A stretch of DNA of 60,843 bases, taken from NCBI GenBank assembly GCA_005223145.1, contig NJBL01000003.1:1-60843 (forward strand). Direction: 5' to 3'. Below are positions 49,240 through 59,195 of the stretch, in pieces. Source of the stretch: a bacterium (candidate division B38) B3_B38 (GTDB lineage: Bacteria; Acidobacteriota; B3-B38; Guanabaribacteriales; B3-B38). Under the pieces are notes generated by a model that did no database searches, was not told where the DNA came from, and saw nothing but the letters and a program-made list of their open reading frames with translations. Position numbers and translations under genes: made by a program. The first letter of the stretch is position 1. Every line of letters starts with the position of its first letter.

Positions 49240-49660
49240 AATAAAGGGATTGAGCGAAAGAATCCTCCAATTGCTGAATGTCCAAGCTGATGAGGTGAGC
49301 GTAATTTTTGTCTCAGACGAGGAGATGAAGTATTATAATCAGACCTTTCGGAGTGTTCCGGAGCCCACCGATGTGCTATCCTTTCCCTTGGAGGGACTAA
49401 CCCCGGAGGGGAAGAGGAATTTAGGGGACATCATCATCTCCCTGGAGACTGCCTCTCGTCAGGCGGAGGAATTGGGACACAGTTTAGAACGGGAAGTTAA
49501 GATATTATTGATTCATGGGCTCATCCATCTGCTGGGCTACGACCATACCACCAACCAGGGAGAGATGGAAGCAAAAGAGAGGGAGGTACTGAGAAGCTTG
49601 GAAAAGGATTCCCAGCCCTCGTCAGGGTTTAATAAGAGCGAAGTGAAGGGTCAGGGTTGA
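49187..49660 (+). CDS. ybeY: rRNA maturation RNase YbeY
   Basis: Motifs TDVLSFP, LGDIII and HGLIHLLGYDH. The likely start is ATG 49187. Confidence 0.93.
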   Translation: MEVLVKSNLQKPRIAPNKIKGLSERILQLLNVQADEVSVIFVSDEEMKYYNQTFRSVPEPTDVLSFPLEGLTPEGKRNLGDIIISLETASRQAEELGHSLEREVKILLIHGLIHLLGYDHTTNQGEMEAKEREVLRSLEKDSQPSSGFNKSEVKGQG

Positions 49661-50907
49661 GTTATCCTGTCACAAAGCTGATAGGTTTTGCGGCGGCATT
49701 GGTTTTGTCGGCGCTTTTTTCCTTGCTGGAGGAGGCATATTCCTCCTTACCGGAAGGTGCCAGGTGGCAGTTATCGGAGCGAAGAGTAGGGAAGGGGCTT
49801 TTTTCCCGGCTTCATATCCTCCGCAGCCCGGTCCATTTCGCTGTTATTCTCCAGTTGGGAAGGCTCCTCTTTCTGGGTATTTTGCTTATTCTCATAGCCG
49901 ATTTCAGCTTCCGCAAGTTCCCCCTTCACCCATTCCTTACAGCTTCACTTCTGGGGGGAGGGGTGGTCTTTGTTTTCAACCTCCTGTTGCCCCGGCTTTT
50001 CTCTTTTATCTCTCCGGCGGTTTCTCTGACAGTTTTCTTACCACTTCTTCGGCTTAGCTATCTTTTGCTCTACCCCATAACTCAGCTCCTCTCCTTTGTC
50101 GGCGAGGCTGTGACCAATAGAGTGAATAGAGAGGTCACCGAGGAGGCTGAAGAGGCTGCCCGAGAGGAGATAAAGGCATACATTGATGTGGGAGAGGAGA
50201 AGGGATATTTTGAGAAGGGCGAGGGGAAGCTAATCAAGAGCGCAGTAGAGTTTGGCGATACTATGGTTCGCGAGGTAATGACCCCGCGGGTAGATATGGT
50301 CTCCATAGAAAAGGAGGCTACCGTGGGTGACCTCAAGAGGCTCCTCAAGGAGAAAAAATTTTCCAGGATACCGGTTTATAGTGGTCAGATAGACAATATA
50401 ATCGGCATCATCAGTAGCAAGGAGGTATTTGATTACCTGGATGAAGGGGATGATGATACCCCACTTGCCCCCCTTATGCGACCTCCTTATTTCGTGCCTG
50501 AAACCAAGAGGGTAGAGGACCTTCTGAGGGAGCTGCAAATAGAGAAGAGGCATATTGCTATCGTGGTGGACGAATATGGAGGGACGGCTGGGCTGGTGAC
50601 CATTGAGGATATATTGGAGGAGATTGTAGGGGAGATCTGGGACGAATATGACCAGGAGGCTGAGCCGATAGTCAGGGAGGGGGATGGCGTTGTAATTGCT
50701 ATGGGGAAGACCGATGTGGATGAGATCAGCCGAGCATTAGGGGTTGACCTCCAGGAAGAGGGATTCGAAACTATTGGAGGGTTGGTGTTCAATACACTGG
50801 GCAGGATACCCAAAAGCGGAGAGAGTTTCGAACACCGGGGGGTAAGAATCGATATATTAGAGGCTGACCAGCGACGTGTTCGTAAGGTCAGGGTCATCAG
50901 GCTATGA
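49657..50907 (+). CDS. Hemolysin/CorC-family protein (DUF21 + CBS + CorC_HlyC)
   Basis: Motifs VREVMTPR, FSRIPV, VVDEYGGTAGLVTIEDILEEIVG and ETIGG. Confidence 0.9.
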   Translation: MSYPVTKLIGFAAALVLSALFSLLEEAYSSLPEGARWQLSERRVGKGLFSRLHILRSPVHFAVILQLGRLLFLGILLILIADFSFRKFPLHPFLTASLLGGGVVFVFNLLLPRLFSFISPAVSLTVFLPLLRLSYLLLYPITQLLSFVGEAVTNRVNREVTEEAEEAAREEIKAYIDVGEEKGYFEKGEGKLIKSAVEFGDTMVREVMTPRVDMVSIEKEATVGDLKRLLKEKKFSRIPVYSGQIDNIIGIISSKEVFDYLDEGDDDTPLAPLMRPPYFVPETKRVEDLLRELQIEKRHIAIVVDEYGGTAGLVTIEDILEEIVGEIWDEYDQEAEPIVREGDGVVIAMGKTDVDEISRALGVDLQEEGFETIGGLVFNTLGRIPKSGESFEHRGVRIDILEADQRRVRKVRVIRL

Positions 50908-51794
50908 GCCAGTTCAAATCGGGCTTTGTCAGCATTGTCGGGTGGACCAATGTAGGGAAATCTTCTCTGTTGAACAACTATGTGGGGGAGAAGGTTGCCA
51001 TCATCTCCGATAAGCCCCAAACCACCCGCTGGCGCATCCAGGGGGTAAGAACCTACCCCGAGGGGCAGATTGTATTCATTGACACTCCAGGGATTCATAA
51101 GCCTAAATATAAACTCAGCCAGAGGATGGTGAAGCTCTCCCTTCAGTCCCTCAAGGATGTCGACCTGATACTTTTGATGGTCGATGCCAGCCAGCCCCTG
51201 GGGAAAGGAGACCAATTTGTAATTGACCAATTACAGAAGATAAAAATCCCTGTGTTTCTCCTTCTGAACAAAATCGACCTCATAAAAAAAGAGAACCTGC
51301 TTCCCCTCATTGATGAATATCAAACCCTCTTCCCCTTTGCCGAGATCATCCCTATCTCAGCCTTAAAGGGGGACAATCTTGATCGGTTGAGAGATAAGAT
51401 ACTGGAATATCTCCCCCCAGGTGCTCCTTATTTCCCCCCCGACTACCTCACCGACCAATCAGAGCGGATGGTGGTTGCCGAACTCATCAGAGAGAAAATT
51501 CTTTTCCATACCAGGGAAGAGCTCCCTTATTCCACCACCGTAATAGTCGATAGTTTTAAGACTGACGAAGAGAAAAAGCTGATAAGGATTAAAGCCATTA
51601 TCTATGTGGATAAGGAATCCCAGAAGGGGATTATCATAGGCAAAGATGGTTCCCTGCTGAAGCGCATCGGCACCCAAGCCCGCCAGGATATAGAAAGGAT
51701 TCTCAACTCCAAGGTCTTCCTCCAGCTCTGGGTGAAGGTGAAAAAGGGGTGGCGGCAGGACGAGCGCTTTTTGGAAAGACTCGGCATGCGATAG
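50904..51794 (+). CDS. era: GTPase Era
   Basis: GWTNVGKSS, PQTTR, DTPG, NKID and a C-terminal KH domain (QKGIIIGK). Confidence 0.95.
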   Translation: MSQFKSGFVSIVGWTNVGKSSLLNNYVGEKVAIISDKPQTTRWRIQGVRTYPEGQIVFIDTPGIHKPKYKLSQRMVKLSLQSLKDVDLILLMVDASQPLGKGDQFVIDQLQKIKIPVFLLLNKIDLIKKENLLPLIDEYQTLFPFAEIIPISALKGDNLDRLRDKILEYLPPGAPYFPPDYLTDQSERMVVAELIREKILFHTREELPYSTTVIVDSFKTDEEKKLIRIKAIIYVDKESQKGIIIGKDGSLLKRIGTQARQDIERILNSKVFLQLWVKVKKGWRQDERFLERLGMR

Positions 51795-52264
51795 ACAAGG
51801 GGGCTTCTAAGCTCTCCACTTTGAATGAAAAGGTTACTTACCCTCTCTTATTTTAAAGTTTGGCCGGCGTGCGATGTTCTCGTATTTGACCAGTGAGCTG
51901 GGCTATCTATTTCATAATTATCTGCTTGCTGCCCATATTTTTGGTAGGGTTATAGACATCCAGACTTTTCTCGCCTTCAACGGTTTTCAGCTGCAAGTGA
52001 GCTTTGCCTTCCTTCATACAGAGTTTTCAGCTCAATAATTCCCTTGTCAATGATCAATTTCCTTTCGAGGGAGACGGGGGGAAGTTTCTGCATTTGAACT
52101 TGGCATGGGAGCTATCTTTGGTGCTGTCAGCTTCATATTTTTTGATAAGAAAGCGTGTTTAATGGAAGTAAGCGCAGGGATAAATCAGGGTAAAAAATAG
52201 ATTCCCTTTTTTATTGAGTTGTGCTATCATAAGTGGACAAAATAAAGGGGGAGAAGAGGGGAAA

Positions 52265-53623
52265 ATGTATCAGCCTAATGTACTGGTTCTGTTGGAGCCA
52301 CTCAGGAAGTTGCTCCACCGAGGGGCGGCTAAAAGGGTGGTGCATCTACTGAGCAATGTGCGGGCGGTCGATATCGCCCGCATCATGACCAGCCTGAGCG
52401 ACCACGACCGGAAGACTCTCTTTACCATCCTCTCAGCTCAAAACACCAAGCTGGCAGCGGATATTTTAGGGGAGATTTACCCTGCAGTTGGTATCTCCTT
52501 TCTTGATGATTGCAGCAAGGAGGAGTTAGTCAGTATTCTCCAGGAATTGCCCTCTGACGACCGGGCGGAAATTATGGGGGATATGTCCGATGAGATGAGG
52601 GAGGAACTTCTCGAGCTCATGCGGGAGAGAGAATCGGTGGAGGTTCAAGACCTCCTCCGCTACGGGGAGAAAACCGCCGGCAGGATTATGATCCCCGAAT
52701 TCTTTGCCCTGCCCGAAGATGCCCAGGTGAAGGAAGCCATCGAATATCTGCAAAAGTCTGCCAATGTGGAGATGGCTTTTTACCTCTATGTGGTTAGCAA
52801 ATATGACCATTTATTGGGGGTGATCTCCCTGCGGCAGTTGCTCCTGGTTCCCCCTGAGACCAAACTGAGGGATGTTATGAGCCCCGATGTGATAAGTGTC
52901 CACCCCGATACCGACCAGGAGGATGTTGCCCGCATTGTTGCTCGATACAATCTGCTGGCAGTCCCGGTGGCGGATGAACAGGGAAAATTGTTGGGCATCA
53001 TTACCGTAGATGATGTTGTAGATGTCATCCGGGAAGAAGCTACCGAGGACATCTTGAAGTTGGCTGGAGTAGGAGCGGAGACCATTTTAGATAAATCGAC
53101 CTTAAGGAATTTTCTTACCAAGCTCCCCTGGCTTTTCGTCCCCTGGCTGGGGCAGATAATTGCCGCTAATATTATTAACTCCTTCCAGGGGCTGTTAACC
53201 AAGATCATTGCTCTGGCTGCTTTTATCCCGGTAGTTATGGGTATGGGGGGTAATGTTGCCACCCAGTCCTCTACCATAGTAAGTAGAGGATTGGTCACCG
53301 GGAGGGTTAATACCAAAAATTTCTGGAAGGTCATGCTTAGAGAATTGATGGTGGCGGTTCTGCTGGGAGCTGTATATGGGGTGATGCTGGGGTTCATTAC
53401 CAAGCTTCAGATGGGGAGCATTCCCTTTCTGTCCTTCACCGTCTCCCTGAGCGTCTTTTGCGCTATGATTGCCGCCGCTGCTGTGGGGAGCTTCGGACCG
53501 TTAGCCCTGCAGAAGATGGGAGCAGACCCTGCTGTTTCCGGCGCACCCCTGGTGACTACCACCGCCGATATTATAGGCTTAGCCATCTACTTCGGCATCG
53601 CTTACCTCTTACTTCTGCGTTAA
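52265..53623 (+). CDS. mgtE: Magnesium transporter MgtE
   Basis: TAGRIM, a CBS pair, GMGGNVATQ and DPAVSGAPLVTT. The likely start is ATG 52265. Confidence 0.93.
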   Translation: MYQPNVLVLLEPLRKLLHRGAAKRVVHLLSNVRAVDIARIMTSLSDHDRKTLFTILSAQNTKLAADILGEIYPAVGISFLDDCSKEELVSILQELPSDDRAEIMGDMSDEMREELLELMRERESVEVQDLLRYGEKTAGRIMIPEFFALPEDAQVKEAIEYLQKSANVEMAFYLYVVSKYDHLLGVISLRQLLLVPPETKLRDVMSPDVISVHPDTDQEDVARIVARYNLLAVPVADEQGKLLGIITVDDVVDVIREEATEDILKLAGVGAETILDKSTLRNFLTKLPWLFVPWLGQIIAANIINSFQGLLTKIIALAAFIPVVMGMGGNVATQSSTIVSRGLVTGRVNTKNFWKVMLRELMVAVLLGAVYGVMLGFITKLQMGSIPFLSFTVSLSVFCAMIAAAAVGSFGPLALQKMGADPAVSGAPLVTTTADIIGLAIYFGIAYLLLLR

Positions 53624-53637
53624 GGGAGAATGCTACC

Positions 53638-54213
53638 ATGAAAAAGCTTCTTTTTCTTATCATTTTTTTAGGGGTCATAGCCATCGGTTACCTCTATTTT
53701 TATCAACAACGGTCCCCCTCCTCTGACCTTCAGGTGGTTAAAGAGAAGATGGAGGATGCCAGGCTCAGCATGGCGGTGAAGACCGCTATCGGACTTAACA
53801 AACACTTCAGAGCCTTTGACATAAAAGTGACCGCTCAGGAGGGGATGGTAACTCTGGAAGGGGAGGTAACCTCAAAAGCGCAGAAGGAGTTAGCCTACGA
53901 AATAGCCAGCCAGGTGAAGGATGTTGACAGCGTGAAGAACCTCATCCGGGTCAATCCGAAAAAAGCGGAGAAAAAGGAACGCCGCACTCTGGGGGAGACC
54001 ATTGATGACGGGAAAATTATGGCTTCGGTTAAATCAGCCTTCTCCCTTGATAGAAGGTTGGAAGGAACCCACATCAAGGTGAAGGTCTATAAAGGTGTGG
54101 TCGTTCTGGAGGGGACGGTCAATGAAGAGGCTCAGAAGCGATTGGCAGTGCGGATTGCCAGGGATATAGACCAGGTCAGCGATGTAAAGGACGGTATCAA
54201 AGTAGTGAAGTAA
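53638..54213 (+). CDS. Dual BON-domain protein
   Basis: Two repeats of the DAxxxxxVK...IxVx...GVVxLxGxV pattern. The signal/TM begins at ATG 53638. Confidence 0.9.
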   Translation: MKKLLFLIIFLGVIAIGYLYFYQQRSPSSDLQVVKEKMEDARLSMAVKTAIGLNKHFRAFDIKVTAQEGMVTLEGEVTSKAQKELAYEIASQVKDVDSVKNLIRVNPKKAEKKERRTLGETIDDGKIMASVKSAFSLDRRLEGTHIKVKVYKGVVVLEGTVNEEAQKRLAVRIARDIDQVSDVKDGIKVVK

Positions 54214-54506
54214 AAGAAGATTAATCCCCGCCTGCTTTAAGAACTCCTATCAAATATCAGCAGATGATATAAAAAATTATATTTTCCGATAATTGCGAGC
54301 TTTCGATTTTTCCCTTCCTTTTTTGTTATCACCGTTTCCCCCGAGATTAGGTGAGTTTTTATCGGAGGCAAACATTTTTGGCTTTCAGAGCGGTAAACAA
54401 AAATAATCTTGCATTTCACATGCAAATCCACCATCCTATAAAGGTGGTTAGTTCTCATAATGGAGACAGAAATAGCGTGATGGACAATTAGCCGTGGAAG
54501 AGTCTG

Positions 54507-55145
54507 ATGATCAAAGTAATCTCTTTTGATATGGATGGCACCCTCATCGACAACGAGTTTAATCTTTATATATGGTATCAAGCCGTCCCGGAGATTTATT
54601 CCCGGCAGTTTAACATGGATTTCCAGAAGGCGAAGGAATATGTCTCTGATGAATACGACCGCATTGGGATGAACGCTCTGGAATGGTATGATATCAAATT
54701 TTGGTTCCGCCATTTCGGGCTGGAAGCCGATTGGAAGGAGATTCTCCAGGAAAATGCCCACTGGGTAAGCCTCTATCCCGAAGTAAAGCCGGCTCTGGCG
54801 AAGTTGAGCAAATATTATAAGCTGATAGTCACTTCCCTGGTCTCCAGGGAGTTTCTGGAAGTAGAAGCGCAGGTGGTGGGCAATTATTTTCAGCACCTCT
54901 TTTCGGTGACCTCTGATTTCCACCTGGTTAAGAAGACCTCTGAGGTATACCACTCGATTTGCCGCCTTCTTAAAATAACCCCCGGCGAGATGGTCCATAT
55001 AGGAGACGACCATATGTCCGATTTCCTCCTTCCCCGTGAGGGAGGGGTTCGCTCTTTTTACCTGGACCGCCAGAGGCAGACAAAAGGGAGGGATGTGGTT
55101 CACAGCCTCGAAGATTTAACCTGTAAGCTCCTTGGGGAGCGCTAG
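54507..55145 (+). CDS. HAD-family hydrolase
   Basis: Motifs SFDMDGTL, VTS and HIGDD...D. Confidence 0.9.
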   Translation: MIKVISFDMDGTLIDNEFNLYIWYQAVPEIYSRQFNMDFQKAKEYVSDEYDRIGMNALEWYDIKFWFRHFGLEADWKEILQENAHWVSLYPEVKPALAKLSKYYKLIVTSLVSREFLEVEAQVVGNYFQHLFSVTSDFHLVKKTSEVYHSICRLLKITPGEMVHIGDDHMSDFLLPREGGVRSFYLDRQRQTKGRDVVHSLEDLTCKLLGER

Positions 55146-55620
55146 AGGGGTGATGACCCCTTTGCAATAATCGGATATGATTATAGCCTATACCTTGTCT
55201 GTCACCGAGTCGTCAAAGGAGATGAGCTCTTCTTCTATTTGAGGGGAAATCCTCTCCAACTTTTCCCAGTCAATGCGGACCACATTCTATTCGGCTGCAA
55301 TGATGCGGGCTTTCAAAGTGGTTGGGCGAGCAGCGTCTTGGATAATGCCTGTGATTGGGTTTTTGATTTCTTCAAGCAGTCCAGCTTTCCTCTCTGCCTC
55401 CCTATCCTCACACACCGAGCCTGCCAGCATGGGAACCTCCCCTCGGACGGCGAATGTTATGGGCTGCATTCCCCGCTTCTCCCAGAAGAAAGGTCTCTTT
55501 TACTAATTCAACAATCGGTAACCGGTGCTTCCGGGGGGAAGCAGAAACCGCTTCCCCAAAAAGGTGGTCTAACATGATCTCGCCACCACTAAGACCCTGA
55601 GGTGATGGAGATTATCCATG
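55146..55620 (-). pseudogene. Decayed HldE/RfaE heptose-7-phosphate kinase (PfkB family) 5' half
   Basis: Across frameshifts it reads RVLV.GEIMLD...PEAP..PIVE..KETFLLGEAGNAAHNI...RPTTLKARIIAAE*NVVRID...DKV*AIIISDYCKGVIT. TAGs lie at 55287-55289 and 55188-55190. Confidence 0.8.
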
Positions 55621-55656
55621 GGCTGAGGTAGTATCTCTCTGGGAACCTCTATTTTT

Positions 55657-56769
55657 TCATACCGCCCGCACTTGTTTGCCAAGCTGGTCAATCTGCTCCA
55701 TCACCCCCCTTTTCACCTCTTCTATTCCGATTAAGCGGATGCAGGGGTAGGGTGGCTGCTGGGGGCACTTTTTCCCGGGGCAAGGGCTGCAAGGCAAGGG
55801 GTATCTTATCAGCGAGTAGCTGGTCTTCCAGGGGTGCCATTGACGAGGGTCAGAGGCTCCGAAGATGGCCACAATATTCTTTTTTAAAGCCGCTGCCAGG
55901 TGCATGGGTCCGCTGTCGTTCCCTATAAAGAGCAACCCCTCATCAATAAGGGCGACCAGCTCATCCAGAGGGGGAGCGATGAGGCAGGTAAGAGGCTTAC
56001 GCATCTCTTTGGCAATTTCATGGGCGATATGCGCCTCCCCCTCTCCCACCACCACAACTGCCGGGTAGCCGTATCGCTTCCGCAGCCAATCTGCCAGGCG
56101 GGCAAAATTAACCGCAGACCACCGCTTGCTGGGAAAGGTAGCAGCGGGATGAATCAGGAAGAAGGGGTCCCCCCTTTTAATCCCCATAGAGCTGAGCTTA
56201 GCCCTTAAACGGTCTTTGCTATCCTCATCTACCGGTATAAAGAGCTCGTCGCTGTTGATGGGCACCCCCAGGTATTTGATTAAAGCGAGTTGGTTCTTTA
56301 CCGTATGGAGAGGGGGTTTTTCCAGCCATACCTCCTCAGGAGGAGGGACCGCAATATCGTAAACATAGCCATGTCGGAAGCTCTTCGCTCCTACCTTATA
56401 ACGGGCTTGACTAAAATAGGTACAAAGTACGCTGCGAGAGCCTCCATGAAGATTGATGGCTAAATCAAACTTATAAGAGGGCAGCAAACTCCATAAAAGC
56501 TTCGGATGGTAAAAATATCCTTTTTCCGCAGGGGGTTTTCCCCGGTAGGTCACTATGACCTGGTCAAGATATGGATTGTGATTGAAGAGCTTTTGGAGAG
56601 GATGGTCAATTATAAGGGCTAAAAATAGCTCCTTTTTCCACTCCTTGAGGGCTCTCAGGCAGGGGGTCATCAATACCGCATCACCCAAGGAGCGCAGTCT
56701 GATCAGTATTGCCTTAGAGATAGCAGACCAGTCGACTGACTCGTCAGGAGGGGGTGTGCTCTTCCTCAT
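55657..56769 (-). CDS. Glycosyltransferase family 9 (LPS heptosyltransferase-like)
   Basis: Motifs LRSLGDAVL, HPAAT..SKRW and FIGNDSGPMHLAAAL. Confidence 0.9.
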   Translation of the reverse strand: MRKSTPPPDESVDWSAISKAILIRLRSLGDAVLMTPCLRALKEWKKELFLALIIDHPLQKLFNHNPYLDQVIVTYRGKPPAEKGYFYHPKLLWSLLPSYKFDLAINLHGGSRSVLCTYFSQARYKVGAKSFRHGYVYDIAVPPPEEVWLEKPPLHTVKNQLALIKYLGVPINSDELFIPVDEDSKDRLRAKLSSMGIKRGDPFFLIHPAATFPSKRWSAVNFARLADWLRKRYGYPAVVVVGEGEAHIAHEIAKEMRKPLTCLIAPPLDELVALIDEGLLFIGNDSGPMHLAAALKKNIVAIFGASDPRQWHPWKTSYSLIRYPLPCSPCPGKKCPQQPPYPCIRLIGIEEVKRGVMEQIDQLGKQVRAV

Positions 56770-56932
56770 CTATAGTCGCTTCGTCAACAAGCATTATAGG
56801 TATATCGTCCTTTATGGGGTAAACCCGATGGCACTTGGGGCATCGAAGCCCCTTCTGGTCGCCCGTGAGTTCCACCCCTTCTTTGCACAAAGGGCAGGCT
56901 AAAATTTTCAATAGCTCAGGATCAATAGACAT
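56744..56932 (-). CDS. Trm112-like protein
   Basis: ILACPLCK...CPKCHRVYPIKDDIPIML. Confidence 0.9.
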   Translation of the reverse strand: MSIDPELLKILACPLCKEGVELTGDQKGLRCPKCHRVYPIKDDIPIMLVDEATIDEEEHTPS

Positions 56933-56988
56933 CTTTAACCTCTCCCCTTAAGACATTCTCACCTGATGACTATGGTAAAAAAGAGGGG

Positions 56989-57288
56989 CTATGTTTCTTC
57001 AACATCTTCATCCTTAACGCTTATCTTCAGCGATTTGAGAAACTCTCTATCCAGTGCGTTGATCTTCAGTTTAATGGGTTTCCTGTCTCCCTTGCCCCTG
57101 GAAGAGGTTTTCGCTCCAGAGGTTGCCTTATCAATCCCTATGGTGGCTTCGATCACCAGAAAGATGTCGTAGCCCCTCCCCTTTATCTTCTTGATGGCGT
57201 CCCTTATAGCATCGGAACTGGAAAGGGATTCGTTAATAGCACTGCTCAATTCCTTTATCAACCATTTGATATTTTCGTCAAGTTGCAC
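56989..57288 (-). CDS. Conserved hypothetical protein
   Basis: Coding-like frame from GTG 57288 (ELSSAINESL...GYDIFLVIEATIG...DREFLKSLKI). The ORF-track start at 57411 is probably too far upstream. Confidence 0.65.
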   Translation of the reverse strand: MQLDENIKWLIKELSSAINESLSSSDAIRDAIKKIKGRGYDIFLVIEATIGIDKATSGAKTSSRGKGDRKPIKLKINALDREFLKSLKISVKDEDVEET

Positions 57289-57532
57289 CCCAGTCCCCCT
57301 TTGCCGAAGCAGGGTTAAATTATATTTCCCTTTTAAGAGATGAATTTTTACAAGCCATTTTCCATCTTTATAACATATCCTCCCCATAAACGCAAGAAGT
57401 AGTTGCTTCATCTTTCTAACACCGCCTATTCGTCCGCATACCGAGGAAAATCGTTTGTTTTTATCCCGCGGCTATGATAACATTTAGCTGAAATAACCCG
57501 TTCAGCAAAAAGGGAGATGTTCGCAGCTCAAA

Positions 57533-59032
57533 ATGAAAGTTTCCATCCCTTCCCAGGTGACCGATTTTCTAATTATTGGGTCTGGCATTGCTGGTCTGCG
57601 AGCCGCTATTGAGCTGGCACCCTACGGAGAAGTCTGTCTCCTGTGCAAGGATGAGCCTTCCGAAAGCAACACCGAATACGCCCAGGGGGGGATTGCCGTA
57701 GCCCTGAGCGACGAGGACGAGGTCCGCCTCCATTATCAGGACACCATGGCCGCTGGCGATGGGCTGTGCAATCCTGAAGCGGTGGAAATTTTGGTAGAGG
57801 AAGGACCTCATTACATAATAGAGCTGATTGACTGGGGAACTGAATTTGACAGAGAGGGGACCAAACTGGATTTCACCAGAGAGGGGGCGCACAGCAAGAA
57901 CCGCATCCTCCACGCCCACGGCGATTCTACCGGCAAGGAGATAGTTCGCGCCCTGCTAAAAAAGGCGAAGTCCTACCCATCAATCCATTTTTATCCCCAG
58001 TGCTATACTAAGGAGCTCCTGGTCGAAGATGACCGCTGTCTGGGGGTTATTTATCTCAATGAAGATGAGAAAAGCTTTCATTCCCTCTATGCCTCGGCTA
58101 CCCTTCTGGCTACCGGTGGGGCTGGGAGGGTATATTCCCAGACCACCAATCCCCCCTTTGCCACCGGCGATGGGATGGCTATCGCCTTTCGTGGCGGGAC
58201 GACCATGATGGATATGGAGTTCGTCCAGTTTCATCCCACCTCCCTCTTTCTGCCCCATAGCCCGAGATTTCTTCTCTCCGAATCTCTGCGAGGGGAAGGG
58301 GCGTATCTCAAAAACATACATGGCAAGAGATTTATGGAAAACTATCATCCCTTAGCGGAGTTAGCCCCGCGGGATGTGGTCAGCCGGGCGATAATCTCCG
58401 AGACAAAAAAGACCAACGCCAGCTGGGTCTATCTTGACTTAACCCATCTCAAACCCTCCTTTGTTCGCAACCGTTTCCCTAAGATTTTTAATACCTGCCT
58501 CACTTACAGCCTCGACCTCACCAAAGACATGATCCCCGTTCATCCAGCAGCGCATTATATGATGGGCGGTGTCAAAACCGACCTCTGGGGGAGGACTACC
58601 TTAAGGGGTCTCTATGCGGCGGGCGAGATTGCCTGCACTGGAGTCCACGGAGCTAATCGATTAGCCAGCAACTCCCTGCTGGAGGGCTTGGTCTATGGTG
58701 CCCGCAGTGGTAAGGCTATGGCTTCCGACAAGAACCCCCGCCCTTCTATCCCGCCAAGATATATTCTGGAAGAGGAGCAGGGCTCACTGAAGAGGAAAGA
58801 TTTTGAGCAAATCCGCCGGGAAATAAACCAGATGATGTGGGGCAAAGTGGGAATCATGAGAGATAAAGTGGGGATGGAGGAGGCCATTGAATATTTGAAA
58901 AAATATGGCTACTTCTCCCAATACCACCCTCTGGACAGGTATGAGATGGAGACCATAAACATCTACCTGGTAGGGTTGCTAATAGCGTTCTCAGCCCTCC
59001 GCCGTGAGGAGAGCCGCGGGGCTCACTACTGA
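57533..59032 (+). CDS. nadB: L-aspartate oxidase (ends at a TGA; conserved tail continues in frame to 59107)
   Basis: Motifs GSGIAGL, AQGGIA, EGAHS, QFHPT, PAAHYMMGG, GANRLASNSLLEG and ESRGAH. Confidence 0.92.
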   Translation: MKVSIPSQVTDFLIIGSGIAGLRAAIELAPYGEVCLLCKDEPSESNTEYAQGGIAVALSDEDEVRLHYQDTMAAGDGLCNPEAVEILVEEGPHYIIELIDWGTEFDREGTKLDFTREGAHSKNRILHAHGDSTGKEIVRALLKKAKSYPSIHFYPQCYTKELLVEDDRCLGVIYLNEDEKSFHSLYASATLLATGGAGRVYSQTTNPPFATGDGMAIAFRGGTTMMDMEFVQFHPTSLFLPHSPRFLLSESLRGEGAYLKNIHGKRFMENYHPLAELAPRDVVSRAIISETKKTNASWVYLDLTHLKPSFVRNRFPKIFNTCLTYSLDLTKDMIPVHPAAHYMMGGVKTDLWGRTTLRGLYAAGEIACTGVHGANRLASNSLLEGLVYGARSGKAMASDKNPRPSIPPRYILEEEQGSLKRKDFEQIRREINQMMWGKVGIMRDKVGMEEAIEYLKKYGYFSQYHPLDRYEMETINIYLVGLLIAFSALRREESRGAHY

Positions 59033-59195
59033 AAGGATTTCCCTCAACCCGATGATAAAAAATGGAAGCTACATTCTACCATCCATAAAGGGAGAATAGA
59101 ATTTTAATCCTTATAGCATATGTGTTTTTTTGAAGTCAATCCCTCAGTGGTAGTTGAATTGAGTTACTTTTTTATCTAAAAACTACTATTAGGTT

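Noticed and set aside
54237-55103. 288-aa minus-strand ORF
   Set aside because: It is mostly antisense to the clear HAD gene. The non-overlapping tail (54237-54500) has no recognisable motif.
55188-55289. Pyrrolysine/TAG readthrough in the hldE-like frame
   Set aside because: The same region has several frameshifts and lacks its 3' half, so it is decay rather than recoding.
59030-59070. nadB as a selenoprotein
   Set aside because: The aligned family residue is Arg, not Cys, and no SECIS-like stem follows the UGA.
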